Below are positions 16,001 to 24,820 of a stretch of DNA of 33,088 nucleotides, piece by piece. The DNA is from a virus. Taxonomy: Duplodnaviria; Caudoviricetes. The DNA lies in IMG/VR virus record IMGVR_UViG_3300027833_000141, positions 1 to 33,088 of that record, one strand, 5' to 3'. The notes below the pieces were generated by a model that saw only the letters and a list, made by a program, of their open reading frames with translations, had not been told where the DNA came from and made no database searches. The stretch's first letter is position 1; each line of letters begins with the position of its first letter. Made by a program: the position numbers and the translations under genes.

Positions 16001-17819
16001 TAATGACAGCGTCTCTAACAAATTTTAATGATGAAGTTGATACATATAAATCTCTCCATGGGTGTGTTTGTGATCCTACATCGTATAACCCATTACCACC
16101 TACGGCTTCTGGGATAAGGGAACCAGTGAAGAATTGATCGTCTTTAAATTGATTTGAAGAGGTTACAGCGAATGATCCTGTATTGACAGCACCACTTCCT
16201 GTGATAGCTCCTCCTCCACCACTACCAGCTCCTGTTATTACCCATCCTTGAGTACCAGAAGCATATGTAAACATAAATGAAGCTGGAGGAACATTTAATT
16301 CCATATCCTCTGCTATCCCCATTATTAATTCACCATTTCTACCTATTAAATTGGTTGTTATACCTGATCTATTAGATATTAAGATTGAGTCCCCATTTGA
16401 TGGGGTTAAGGGTAAAGTAAGGGTATATGGGGTAAGTTCTTCAAAAACATATATTCTATCCTTTTCAGCTGTTATATCTGAGGTTACATAAGTTGAAGTA
16501 TAGGTTCCACCTCCACCTCCACCCCCGTTGAGGGCGTATGATGCTGTTAAGGCATATGATGATGATAATGCATTACCAAATGGCATTCCAGCCATGGGTC
16601 CATTTATCAATATTTTACCACTACTAAAATCTTCAGCTGTTACAATCCCTATAGGTTGTATAATAGCAGACCCTTGTGGTTGAGTTTCGGTAATCCCACT
16701 TCCTGTTTGTACATAGATGTTTTTACCAACAGTAGTCCCAAATGTATTGAGGTTTTTAATTTCACCAACTACTACAAGTTCGGTTGATTCACCTGGAGAT
16801 GTAGTTGTAGCAGCAACCCCAGCTGCTGGCATTCTATCGTGGTCGCTTGCGTCTGCTTTTCTAACTTTATATACATTATGAGGTGTAACTTCCACAACAT
16901 GCAGTGGAGTACCTGCTAGTATACTTACGTTATCATCATTGGTTGCAACAAATGATATTCGTCTAGTTAGTTCTGCTCTTTCAGCATATGAGGCTGTTGC
17001 TATAGGTCCTTGAATATATGATGCTGTAGTAGCATATGATGAGGATACTGTATGGGATGCAGATATTGCATACGATGCAGAGTTTATAAGTACTACATCA
17101 GTAAACCCTCCAGGTTTACTAAATATAATAGCATTACCTGCTGTACTTGATGAAATGTATGTATTTGGATCAACATTTAGGGCATGTGATGCTGTTAAAG
17201 CATATGATGCAGTTTCAGAATATGATGAAGTTACTCTTTGAGTAATATTATGTGATGCTGATATAGCATATGATGCAGTTAATGCATATGATGCTGATGT
17301 AATCTCGTTTGTTACTTGTAAACCATCACTTTTGGTAAACGTTATAGTATTCCCACTAATAGAAGATGACACATATGATGCACTACGTTCACCTATTAAG
17401 TATGATGCTGTAAGAGCATATGATGCTGAGGTTGCTGTTTGAGCATTTAGTGTTTGTAATGCAAAGAATGATGAAGATGCTAATTTAGCAAAATCAGCAA
17501 GTGATGATGAGGGAGCGTATGAAGCAGTTTGGATTGAATCAGCTCCGAACGGACCATATACATTAGATGAGGTTACATATGATGCTGTGTCAACCGTATC
17601 TAAAGGTTGAATTGTAATATTCCCAACACCGTCAGTAACTAATGATTGACCTGCTGCACCATCAACTAGAGGGTATTTTAGGTTATTTACTGTTAGTGAT
17701 CCTGATATTCTTATGTCGTAAGCCTCAGCACCAGTTAAAGCATTAACCGATTGAGATACGTGTTCTGCCTCTACTGGTAATCCTGTAACTATGCCTGCAT
17801 TTGATAGTATCTTAGCCAT
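13095..17819 (-). CDS. Large multidomain tail fibre (1574 aa)
   Basis: TASYAL repeats; a DUF2190/capsid-cement-like segment (GTPLHV..ADAS..MPAAGV, about 16600-16960); a T4 gp9/10/34-like segment (TLTLPLTPSNGD...GW, about 16240-16500); the YDVGSQTHPWRDLY motif; a 26-aa tandem repeat; an LGDITDV repeat; and a C-terminal GNFF..TL...DIDVFSL..DGTNWY domain. Confidence 0.75.
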   Translation of the reverse strand: MAKILSNAGIVTGLPVEAEHVSQSVNALTGAEAYDIRISGSLTVNNLKYPLVDGAAGQSLVTDGVGNITIQPLDTVDTASYVTSSNVYGPFGADSIQTASYAPSSSLADFAKLASSSFFALQTLNAQTATSASYALTASYLIGERSASYVSSSISGNTITFTKSDGLQVTNEITSASYALTASYAISASHNITQRVTSSYSETASYALTASHALNVDPNTYISSSTAGNAIIFSKPGGFTDVVLINSASYAISASHTVSSSYATTASYIQGPIATASYAERAELTRRISFVATNDDNVSILAGTPLHVVEVTPHNVYKVRKADASDHDRMPAAGVAATTTSPGESTELVVVGEIKNLNTFGTTVGKNIYVQTGSGITETQPQGSAIIQPIGIVTAEDFSSGKILINGPMAGMPFGNALSSSYALTASYALNGGGGGGGTYTSTYVTSDITAEKDRIYVFEELTPYTLTLPLTPSNGDSILISNRSGITTNLIGRNGELIMGIAEDMELNVPPASFMFTYASGTQGWVITGAGSGGGGAITGSGAVNTGSFAVTSSNQFKDDQFFTGSLIPEAVGGNGLYDVGSQTHPWRDLYVSTSSLKFVRDAVIIADLNGEDGGVRIGNIFIGTGSISVVSGSGDDMTIIGDVVNTEISGGIITPIAGDTILPTGSISSSAQISALGFITSSQTIDTGSFITTSSLDEYLPTGSISSSAQIEGLGFVTSSSLAEYLPTGSISSSAQIEGLGFITTSSLSEYLPTGSISSSAQIEELGFVTSSSLAEYLPTGSISSSAQLTDLGFITTSSLSEYLPTGSISSSAQIEELGFVTSSSLAEYLPTGSISSSAQIEELGFVTSSSLSEYLPTGSISSSAQLTDLGFVSASANGSTEFSGSTSFVGDTSFTGSSIMSGSLTVIDPQGFSVVGNTFLQGFNNFSGSTAIFGENLQISTPITASNTSLFTAPVNINSNLNVIGGITGSLQGTASVSLDSVLFDGKDTATFATTGSNDFKSSQYITGSVVIAPSSDPGISNLNATYLFTSASNFGEDECDFYYRNKGVLWDQEWLEYGVGSGLIFGGVVTFSGTNLYVSPGGGLVVNYNAETGSANAVSPTQVKWGPITSSATFLTSSQYSHLYIDENGDLQQQVEDFTTQQYLEKIPLGTLGHLTNAYIDAFGEEKQTTYAGPAQANQFIRAFGPLKQQGYDLSPTTSTLEFNASSGITYKLGGFYSKDPNNPSVYDTPALNSTGKVVRVYQSGSEFIGDINAGNFYDTVDPTKYDDGSGTLVNISGSTTTIQRVFIGPTSERFYVYYGQDTYDSVATALQNLTTEAFTESLTTSKSLTFIGYLVVKANTTDLSDESSANIINAGLFRNTAGSSGGGTSTISNLGDITDVDITGPVTGEYLKYNAGVWENSNIQYSEVNNTPSGIISSSIQLESLGVSVSNGNNTSFGNNVSITGSLSVDGNVEIDGGLFTKVLTPFLTNAGFFYYNLNCSEGNFFEVTLPSNQTGVRFITTNGNPGQTINLKITQNSTSASTINWTSNFKFSDGFDSTVSTGLGDIDVFSLITYDGTNWYVTGLKNFS
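15196..15830 (-). repeat. 78-bp (26-aa) tandem repeat, 7 in-register copies plus 1 offset
   Basis: gttgg anchor at 15241, 15319, 15397, 15475, 15553, 15631, 15709 and 15823; unit YLPTGSISSSAQ(IEE/IEG/LTD)LGF(V/I)T(S/T)SSL(A/S)E. Confidence 0.95.
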
Positions 17820-17836
17820 TGATTTTATTTGATATA

Positions 17837-17845
17837 TTATAAATA
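17837..17845 (-). promoter_or_regulatory. Class I motif TATTTATAA
   Basis: In the 36-nt gap before the ATG at 17819. Confidence 0.55.
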
Positions 17846-17855
17846 CTAAACATTT

Positions 17856-18938
17856 TTAGTGCCTATCGATGTTTATTAAAATAGTTGTGTCTGTTGTTTT
17901 AGATGTCGGTAGAGGTTTTGCTAACTTACCAACAGCTAGTAATTCATGTGCGTTATTATATAAACCTATAGTTGAAATATAGGGTGTAAAATATGAACCT
18001 GTTATAAAATTAAATGGTATTCCATCACTTCCTGATATTGAGGATGGGTTTTGAGAGTAGTTAAATTCACTTTCACCTACTGTTACTTTATATTGTGTTT
18101 CATAAAAAGTATATGATGAGGAAAGAGAAGCTGTTAGGTTTGAACCTGATATAAATCCTTTATAAAAGTCTCTACTAATCTGATTGTCATCACCATAGTT
18201 ACTATACTTATAAGGGTTAGCCCCATAACCAAACTTATCAGGGTGTGGTGTAGTTATTGCTACCACTCCATGAGTATATATTATATTACCTACTACATCA
18301 CCTGATTGGGATATTATTCTACCCTCTCCATCATCTGTGTAACTACCACTACTTGAAGCACCATAAGCCCCAAAATCAAACTTAAAAGATCCAGGTTGTA
18401 TTTTATCCCCAAATATATTTGAAGGAATGGATAATACAGCCATATCAGATGTTCCAGGTTTTGTTTTTCTTTTTCTAAGAGATTTTTGTTCTAGTAGATC
18501 AGTTTGTCTATAGTTATCGTATATTGTGTTATACTTAGAACCAGTTACTACCCCATCAGATTGGAAATACGGTAGGTTAGCATCGGACATTATAAGATCT
18601 CCATTACTATCCATACTACCTGAAACATAGTTACTATAATATAGATGTTTTATGGAGTTATAAATAGATGATTCTGAATATGAAGAATAAAGACCAGATG
18701 AATAGTTATACTCACTATTGTAATCAATATTTTTACCTATATACCTTTCTACTTGATCATTATAATTATAAGCGTCAATCCTCCCTAAACTTTCTGAGTA
18801 ACTACCAGTACCAAACGATATAAAAGAAAACCCCCCAGATGAGGATAATACGGGTACAATATTAAATTTATACCCCTTGTTTACCTCTAATGGTGAAACT
18901 ATTATGTCTGAAGAATTGAATTGTTTGTATGCGCTCAT
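17856..18938 (-). CDS. Baseplate/tail structural protein, paralogue of 18943-19989
   Basis: The C-terminal EFNYSQNPS...YISTIGLYNNAHELLAVGKLAKPL motif is shared with the neighbouring gene and resembles the IGL..LxAV strands of tail-collar/DUF3751-type proteins. Confidence 0.6.
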   Translation of the reverse strand: MSAYKQFNSSDIIVSPLEVNKGYKFNIVPVLSSSGGFSFISFGTGSYSESLGRIDAYNYNDQVERYIGKNIDYNSEYNYSSGLYSSYSESSIYNSIKHLYYSNYVSGSMDSNGDLIMSDANLPYFQSDGVVTGSKYNTIYDNYRQTDLLEQKSLRKRKTKPGTSDMAVLSIPSNIFGDKIQPGSFKFDFGAYGASSSGSYTDDGEGRIISQSGDVVGNIIYTHGVVAITTPHPDKFGYGANPYKYSNYGDDNQISRDFYKGFISGSNLTASLSSSYTFYETQYKVTVGESEFNYSQNPSSISGSDGIPFNFITGSYFTPYISTIGLYNNAHELLAVGKLAKPLPTSKTTDTTILINIDRH

Positions 18939-18942
18939 TCAT

Positions 18943-19989
18943 TTAGAAATCTAACTTTACTCTAACAAGTGATTCTTTTGTAAAATCCTTTAACAGCGGT
19001 TTTGACAACTTAGCTACTGCTAGTAAATCGTTTTGGTCGTTATATAATCCAATCGTTGTTACATACGTTTGTGGCGCATTTATATATGAATCCCAATACA
19101 CCTCACCAGTTGCACCCTTAATAAACGATGGGTTTTCTGAGTAATTAAATTCTGAGTTTCTTGATCTAACAAATATAAAATCTGATGATAAGGTTTCTTC
19201 ACAGTTTACTTTAAATGATGAGCCTCTTACAACAGCACCAAATAGTTTTGAGTTATTTTCTCCTGCTAAATCTAAGTTTCTATTAGTTCCTAAACCAATA
19301 CCTATATTAGGGTTTTCAGAGGATGGGACTCCTGGTTGTTGATCTAATGCTGAACCATTTAGTAGGATTAATCCTGTATCTGGTAAGAATAAACCATATG
19401 ATCCTGAGTTAGTATAACCATTGTTATATGCATCTGAGGTACCTGGGTTTGCTCCTTGTCTTACTATTTGATATGCTCTTTGAGTACCAAAATATGTTGG
19501 TAGTGTTACATCGTTTGAGTTATCTGTAAGTGTGATAGCGTTACCTAGTGATCCTTGTAGTGTTAAAGATAAAGTTCCAGGTAGTAGTTTTTCTTTATAT
19601 CTTGCTCTTTCAATTGATAGAGCGTAGATGTATCCTGGTGTGTATGATGAGTTAAAGGTAAAATCTTTTTCTTCATCTTCTAATACTAAAGTACGATATT
19701 GACCATAGATAGTAGATGTTGTAGATTTACCAGGTACTGCATCGTTAAAATAAACCCCACCACCTGATGTTTTATCACCATAGGCTATATCAAACTGAGG
19801 AGTTGACCCAGCAACTGTTGTTTCTGATTGGTTTACTGCTAAATAGTATTCACCTGAAAGGGAGGCTACTCGTTGTGCTGATGAAGTGAAGAAGGTAGAT
19901 AACTCTACAGTCTCATTACTCCATACGGTTTGTGATACAGAATCTGCACTTACTAAAAAATCTTCTGGATCTAGTCTTTTGAATCCCAT
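18943..19989 (-). CDS. Baseplate/tail structural protein
   Basis: EFNYSENPS...YVTTIGLYNDQNDLLAVAKLSKPL motif; position within the baseplate module. Confidence 0.6.
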   Translation of the reverse strand: MGFKRLDPEDFLVSADSVSQTVWSNETVELSTFFTSSAQRVASLSGEYYLAVNQSETTVAGSTPQFDIAYGDKTSGGGVYFNDAVPGKSTTSTIYGQYRTLVLEDEEKDFTFNSSYTPGYIYALSIERARYKEKLLPGTLSLTLQGSLGNAITLTDNSNDVTLPTYFGTQRAYQIVRQGANPGTSDAYNNGYTNSGSYGLFLPDTGLILLNGSALDQQPGVPSSENPNIGIGLGTNRNLDLAGENNSKLFGAVVRGSSFKVNCEETLSSDFIFVRSRNSEFNYSENPSFIKGATGEVYWDSYINAPQTYVTTIGLYNDQNDLLAVAKLSKPLLKDFTKESLVRVKLDF

Positions 19990-19992
19990 ATC

Positions 19993-20661
19993 TTACGTTG
20001 TTGATGTTTTATTAATAGTAATAGGAACAGTAATACGAGCACCTGAATCTAAACCTATGATGGTTAGAGTAGTTGTTATTGATGAGTTAGACCCAAATAA
20101 CGTATTAATAGTAGTTGCTCTTAAGTTAATTTGTGTTCCAATAACTGTTTTAGATACGTTTGTACCTATAGTAGTTGTTGAGTTAGAGTTTGCTGATGTT
20201 GCTGCATCTGTGTTAATACCAACACCATTGAAGTTAGATAATAATCTAATATCAGCGATTGTCGCCGCATATCCACTGGTTTCAAATGACTGAGCTGCGT
20301 CAAGATAGTTAAGTGTTTGTGGTGTAATAGCAAGTTGTGCTCCTTGTTTAAGGGTAATAGCAGTATAACCAACATCTAGTACTGGTAGTTTAGCTGTTCC
20401 TCTGGGTAGAGTAACTAACTTATACTTCATAATTTGTGATTCATCAGGAAATGCTTCTAATAGAGGCATATTGTCAATAGCTTCTCCATAGTATGAAGAA
20501 CCAGATGGGTGGTTAGGATTATATTGTGTATAATCGATTTCATCATCTGCTAATGCGAACTGAGTGATTCGGAATGATCCGTCGTTTTTAGCTAACGATT
20601 CTCTTCCTTTTTTTGTTAGAATAGCGTCAACTGTTACAACGCTGTTATTTAAATAGCCCAT
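19993..20661 (-). CDS. Baseplate/tail structural protein
   Basis: AILTKKGRESLA...ITQFALADDEIDY resembles the LTxxGxxxLA...ITxxAxGD N-terminus of tail-collar/DUF3751-type proteins; preceded by a class I motif. Confidence 0.55.
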   Translation of the reverse strand: MGYLNNSVVTVDAILTKKGRESLAKNDGSFRITQFALADDEIDYTQYNPNHPSGSSYYGEAIDNMPLLEAFPDESQIMKYKLVTLPRGTAKLPVLDVGYTAITLKQGAQLAITPQTLNYLDAAQSFETSGYAATIADIRLLSNFNGVGINTDAATSANSNSTTTIGTNVSKTVIGTQINLRATTINTLFGSNSSITTTLTIIGLDSGARITVPITINKTSTT

Positions 20662-20679
20662 TTGGTATGTTATATTTTA

Positions 20680-20688
20680 TTATAAATA
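20680..20688 (-). promoter_or_regulatory. Class I motif TATTTATAA
   Basis: In the 30-nt gap before the ATG at 20661. Confidence 0.55.
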
Positions 20689-20691
20689 TGA

Positions 20692-22758
20692 TTATATTAA
20701 GTTCTTTTCAATAAGGGATGTTATAATATCATCTGGATTTTTCCTTAGTGCATCTACTCTATATTGAGGTGTAACTATACCTGGTGAAGATGATGCAGAA
20801 ACTGGAAACCCATATGGTTTCTGTTCGTTTAAGATAACGAAGCCTGGGTTGTAAGCCAACCTCCTTATTAAAAAGAAGTTAGTGTTTACGCTTGCGTCTA
20901 TTTCTTTATCAAAAGTAACGACTAATGATGTTGAAGGTGTATAATCTACGTCTACTACTTTAAAACTATAGTTTTCGTTATTTTCAAATCTAAACTCATC
21001 TCCTGGTGTTGATAAACTTTGAGATACTAAAGACCAAGGTGATGTAACAGGATCAAACTTCGTGAACGATGGTTCTACACCTGAAGGGAAATCTGTATTT
21101 TCACCAGGATTGTATGATAAATCCCCCATATAATAGTTTGAATCATATGTATTAATCAAATTGTTGTCCTCACATATTAGTTTTTTTCTATTACTATTAT
21201 CTACCCTCCACCAAGGACTTACTGATGTAATGTTAGTAGTTCCTAATAGTGGTATAGTATTAGAGTTAGTAGTTGATGAGTTTTGGGAAAATAAAATAGG
21301 GTTTGGGTAGGTACCTACAGAATAAACTGATGGTGTTTTAGATTCCAGATTTTTTAGTTCCTTAGATTCATCAATACTTTGTATACTTATTATAACGTTA
21401 GTTGGAACGTTGTTAGAATCTTTTAGTTTAAACGTATTCTCCAAGTTATTAAAGTTTATATCCGATAAAGATGGATCATATAAAGTTGAAGTTGAATCAA
21501 TAAGATATTTTACAAATAAAGCGGTTTTATTATTTAAGTTAGGATATGGATCCACAACTTTACTAAAGTATCCTAAATATGCGTTTAGTGATTCTACGTT
21601 AGGTATAGATCCTAAGTTATTAGTAGGTTCACCTTCTTTATATTGGTTTATTTCTTTACGTGTTGTTTTAGTCCCATCATACCTAATACGAGTATGTGAT
21701 GTTTGACTATAGTTCGAGTCAGGTGTTGGTGCTTTTTCAGCTGAATTTTGACGTAATAACTCAATATTTTGAGGTAATAATATACCAGATCCACTTAAGT
21801 TGGAAGAGTTTGAGTAATCTACATCTTCTATAAATAAAGATGGTCTAGATGTTATCACGTTATTTAATACAGGTTGACAATCTGGATCGTCTTCTATCCC
21901 TAATCCTGTTGTTAATCCTAAATATGATTCAGTATCTATAGATTCACCTGGGGTGGAAAACGACATTGAATATTCTGTTACTATTAGAGAGTCATATGCG
22001 TTATCACCACCATCTACTGAGACTGATAATCTTATAGTATCATTTAAGTTAATATTAGATGAATCGAAAGTTGTTTTCATTTCAATACTACCTGATTTGG
22101 TATCTGGAGATAATACATAAGATGAGGTATGTACCGTATTATTACGATATAGATTTAGTGATACCTTATCCCAAGTATCTAACCCACTAGGTGATTTAAA
22201 TGTTGCTGATGCTGTTACAGATACATCTACAACTGGTTGTGCTGTAAATGTGTATATCCCATCATTAGTATCCTGTGAAGCGTCTTTGTAAACTATATAA
22301 GCATTTGAAATTTCCCAGTTATAGTATAGTTGATTATCTATAGTAGTAACTTCGGAATATGATAATACAAAATATATTTTATATGCTCTATGAGCCCGAG
22401 TATCATACCACCAACTATTAGCATATTTTTGAGAGTTATAATCTCTACTTATATTTTGAGATCCAAAGTAGTTAGATGAAGCATATATTTCATCATCAAC
22501 CCCATGTGGTATACTTTCACCTTCAGGAGTTATAAATACCCCACCGTTTAGGATTGGGTCAGCCTTTGCTTTTATAAGTGTTGTTTTACTTTTAGTGGTT
22601 GGTTCTAGATTTACATATTTGGGTTCAAATAAATTTTCAGTACCAGTAGCCCAAATCACACCTTCTCTATAATAATAACTTAAATCATTATTACCATCAA
22701 GGGTATTGGCGTTTGTAAGCCTAAAAAATACGTTATCGGGTTGTATGTCTCTTGCCAT
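20692..22758 (-). CDS. Putative virion structural protein
   Basis: Long Ser/Thr/Asn-rich ORF inside the baseplate module; no diagnostic enzyme motif. Confidence 0.5.
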   Translation of the reverse strand: MARDIQPDNVFFRLTNANTLDGNNDLSYYYREGVIWATGTENLFEPKYVNLEPTTKSKTTLIKAKADPILNGGVFITPEGESIPHGVDDEIYASSNYFGSQNISRDYNSQKYANSWWYDTRAHRAYKIYFVLSYSEVTTIDNQLYYNWEISNAYIVYKDASQDTNDGIYTFTAQPVVDVSVTASATFKSPSGLDTWDKVSLNLYRNNTVHTSSYVLSPDTKSGSIEMKTTFDSSNINLNDTIRLSVSVDGGDNAYDSLIVTEYSMSFSTPGESIDTESYLGLTTGLGIEDDPDCQPVLNNVITSRPSLFIEDVDYSNSSNLSGSGILLPQNIELLRQNSAEKAPTPDSNYSQTSHTRIRYDGTKTTRKEINQYKEGEPTNNLGSIPNVESLNAYLGYFSKVVDPYPNLNNKTALFVKYLIDSTSTLYDPSLSDINFNNLENTFKLKDSNNVPTNVIISIQSIDESKELKNLESKTPSVYSVGTYPNPILFSQNSSTTNSNTIPLLGTTNITSVSPWWRVDNSNRKKLICEDNNLINTYDSNYYMGDLSYNPGENTDFPSGVEPSFTKFDPVTSPWSLVSQSLSTPGDEFRFENNENYSFKVVDVDYTPSTSLVVTFDKEIDASVNTNFFLIRRLAYNPGFVILNEQKPYGFPVSASSSPGIVTPQYRVDALRKNPDDIITSLIEKNLI

Positions 22759-22769
22759 TTATTTTATAT

Positions 22770-24809
22770 TTAGAAGCAATATCCTATTTGTGTGATTGTT
22801 TGTCTTCCATTAACTGTTCCAATCTGTACTATCATTCTATCTCCGTTTTGAGTTGAGAATTTATTTACACCATAAATACCACTAGGTAGGTTAACTGCTG
22901 TAGATGTTGGGTTATTTGGTGCTGTAATAGAGGAGGATGTCCAATCTACTCCTGCTGTTGCTGAGTTATATAGTATTATATCTTTTACTCTGGCAAAACC
23001 CGGTATTCCTGATTTTAGTATTAGTTTGTTTTGAGCGTTAGGTATAAAAAATTCTTCGTTACCTGTATATCTTACAGCTATAGTAGATCCATTTTGGTTA
23101 TTATTAACGGTAGAACAGTTGGTAGTAATAGGTGTTAGATATATGGCACATACTACTATAGATCTAGGTATAACATTTGGATCTTGATCTTGTATTAAAA
23201 TAGAAGGATATGATACAGTTTGTTGTGGGGCATCCATAAACCAAGGTGTTTTTGGTGTTTCTGCTAATCTCCCATATACCGCAGGGAGTGATGAAGTAAA
23301 TGCTGTATTTATTTCTTTTGTACCTGTGTCAAAGTTACCTATACTATCCTCTATAATCCCTTTAGATTCAACATATTCGTTTGGTTCTATTAAATAACTA
23401 GATCCATTCCAACCCCTAAAATATTGTTCTTTAGGATATGAATCGGATACAGGAAAATATCCTTGAGGTATAGATTCATATATTCCCTCTAGTTTAAGAG
23501 GATTCGCAGGGGTACCTGAGGAGGTAGAATACCATATAAAGTCTCCAGTTGAGTCAAACTCTATATCAAATACGTTAGCGTCATCTGATGTTAATATAAG
23601 TGGTGATTCGGAAATATTTGCTTCAAAATATACGTAATCATCAAAAATTTGCTTATTGGTTACTTCCCAAGTATAGAATCCTGTTTTTAACTTTGGTTCG
23701 TTTGGTGGGGTTGGGTTTTCTGATGGGTTGTTTAGTAAAATGGGGATTGCTGTTGCTTGAGATAATTCTCTTGATATACTCCTTCCACTTCTATCTATAC
23801 TTGATACCTTAATATGTCTAACGTTAGCCCCATCATGCCATAACCAAACAATACCTCTATTAGGTATAGTATCTTGAGATAAAAACTCATCTTCTGTAAA
23901 GTTATTAGATGTTAAAAATACAGGTGTTACTTGAGTATCTTCGAAGTTGGGGTTTGTAAAAGCAGAACAATCTACCCCACCATTTCCCTTTATTACTTGA
24001 ACATATGATGCTTCTGTTTGGGTAGGGTTACCATATTCTCCGTTATAAAATCCAGATTGATCAGAAGTTGTAAGAGTGGTAGGACCGTTTAGGGTTTGGA
24101 CTATTTCTGACCAAGACTGAGTTATATTAAAAACGGGTGCTAAGTTTGGAGATTTACTATATTGGTATCTATTTACTTGACCACCAGCACCTCCTGAAAA
24201 TGTTTCTACTTGACCTACTGATCCAGTTAGAGTTTCGTTAGTAGATGATACTAAAGTTCTTCTATGTTTATTTCTTTCTAGAATATGTTGTTTTACTACA
24301 ACACCTGCTGATAGTGATATATTAGATGGGGTAAAATCTTTAACCATCTTAAATAGTGAATTATCAAAGAATTTTATTAGTCTTACAAAATCATTTAAAT
24401 CATATGAATTAGTGTATTTTGAAAAATATTCGTCTCTTAATACATCTAAACTATAGTAACTATTGGTATTAGTTGACATAGATGCTATATTACCTAAATA
24501 ATCACCTAAGTTAAAATACCCTACTTGACCAACAATATCCTTATTAATTTGGGTAGTTGGGGAGAATGCAACTTCAACATATCCTGCGTCTGCGTCTCTT
24601 TGATTATTATAATCTTTTTGTTGAATACTTCTCATAGATGACAACGTTGTTGATCCTGATGTAGTAGTATCAATAATAATCTTATTGTTTATTTCTGAAC
24701 TAATACCTGCTGGTATTTGGTTTTTAGCAGTCTTTTCTCTATTTACCTTAAATGAAGGGTTTAAAATAGTAAAATTACTATTATTTTCAAATGAATCTAT
24801 CTTTATCAT
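22770..24809 (-). CDS. Putative baseplate structural protein
   Basis: Module position; helical DFVRLIKFFDNSLFKMVKDFTP...GVVVKQHILERNK block; C-terminal Cys-flanked beta domain ending ITQIGYCF. Confidence 0.5.
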   Translation of the reverse strand: MIKIDSFENNSNFTILNPSFKVNREKTAKNQIPAGISSEINNKIIIDTTTSGSTTLSSMRSIQQKDYNNQRDADAGYVEVAFSPTTQINKDIVGQVGYFNLGDYLGNIASMSTNTNSYYSLDVLRDEYFSKYTNSYDLNDFVRLIKFFDNSLFKMVKDFTPSNISLSAGVVVKQHILERNKHRRTLVSSTNETLTGSVGQVETFSGGAGGQVNRYQYSKSPNLAPVFNITQSWSEIVQTLNGPTTLTTSDQSGFYNGEYGNPTQTEASYVQVIKGNGGVDCSAFTNPNFEDTQVTPVFLTSNNFTEDEFLSQDTIPNRGIVWLWHDGANVRHIKVSSIDRSGRSISRELSQATAIPILLNNPSENPTPPNEPKLKTGFYTWEVTNKQIFDDYVYFEANISESPLILTSDDANVFDIEFDSTGDFIWYSTSSGTPANPLKLEGIYESIPQGYFPVSDSYPKEQYFRGWNGSSYLIEPNEYVESKGIIEDSIGNFDTGTKEINTAFTSSLPAVYGRLAETPKTPWFMDAPQQTVSYPSILIQDQDPNVIPRSIVVCAIYLTPITTNCSTVNNNQNGSTIAVRYTGNEEFFIPNAQNKLILKSGIPGFARVKDIILYNSATAGVDWTSSSITAPNNPTSTAVNLPSGIYGVNKFSTQNGDRMIVQIGTVNGRQTITQIGYCF

Positions 24810-24820
24810 TGAATTTTTCT

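Noticed and set aside
3964-17819. Diversity-generating retroelement or invertible shufflon acting on the fibre tips
   Set aside because: No reverse transcriptase or recombinase is in the window. The repeats are direct, coding and differ mostly at synonymous positions rather than only at adenines, and all genes share one orientation.
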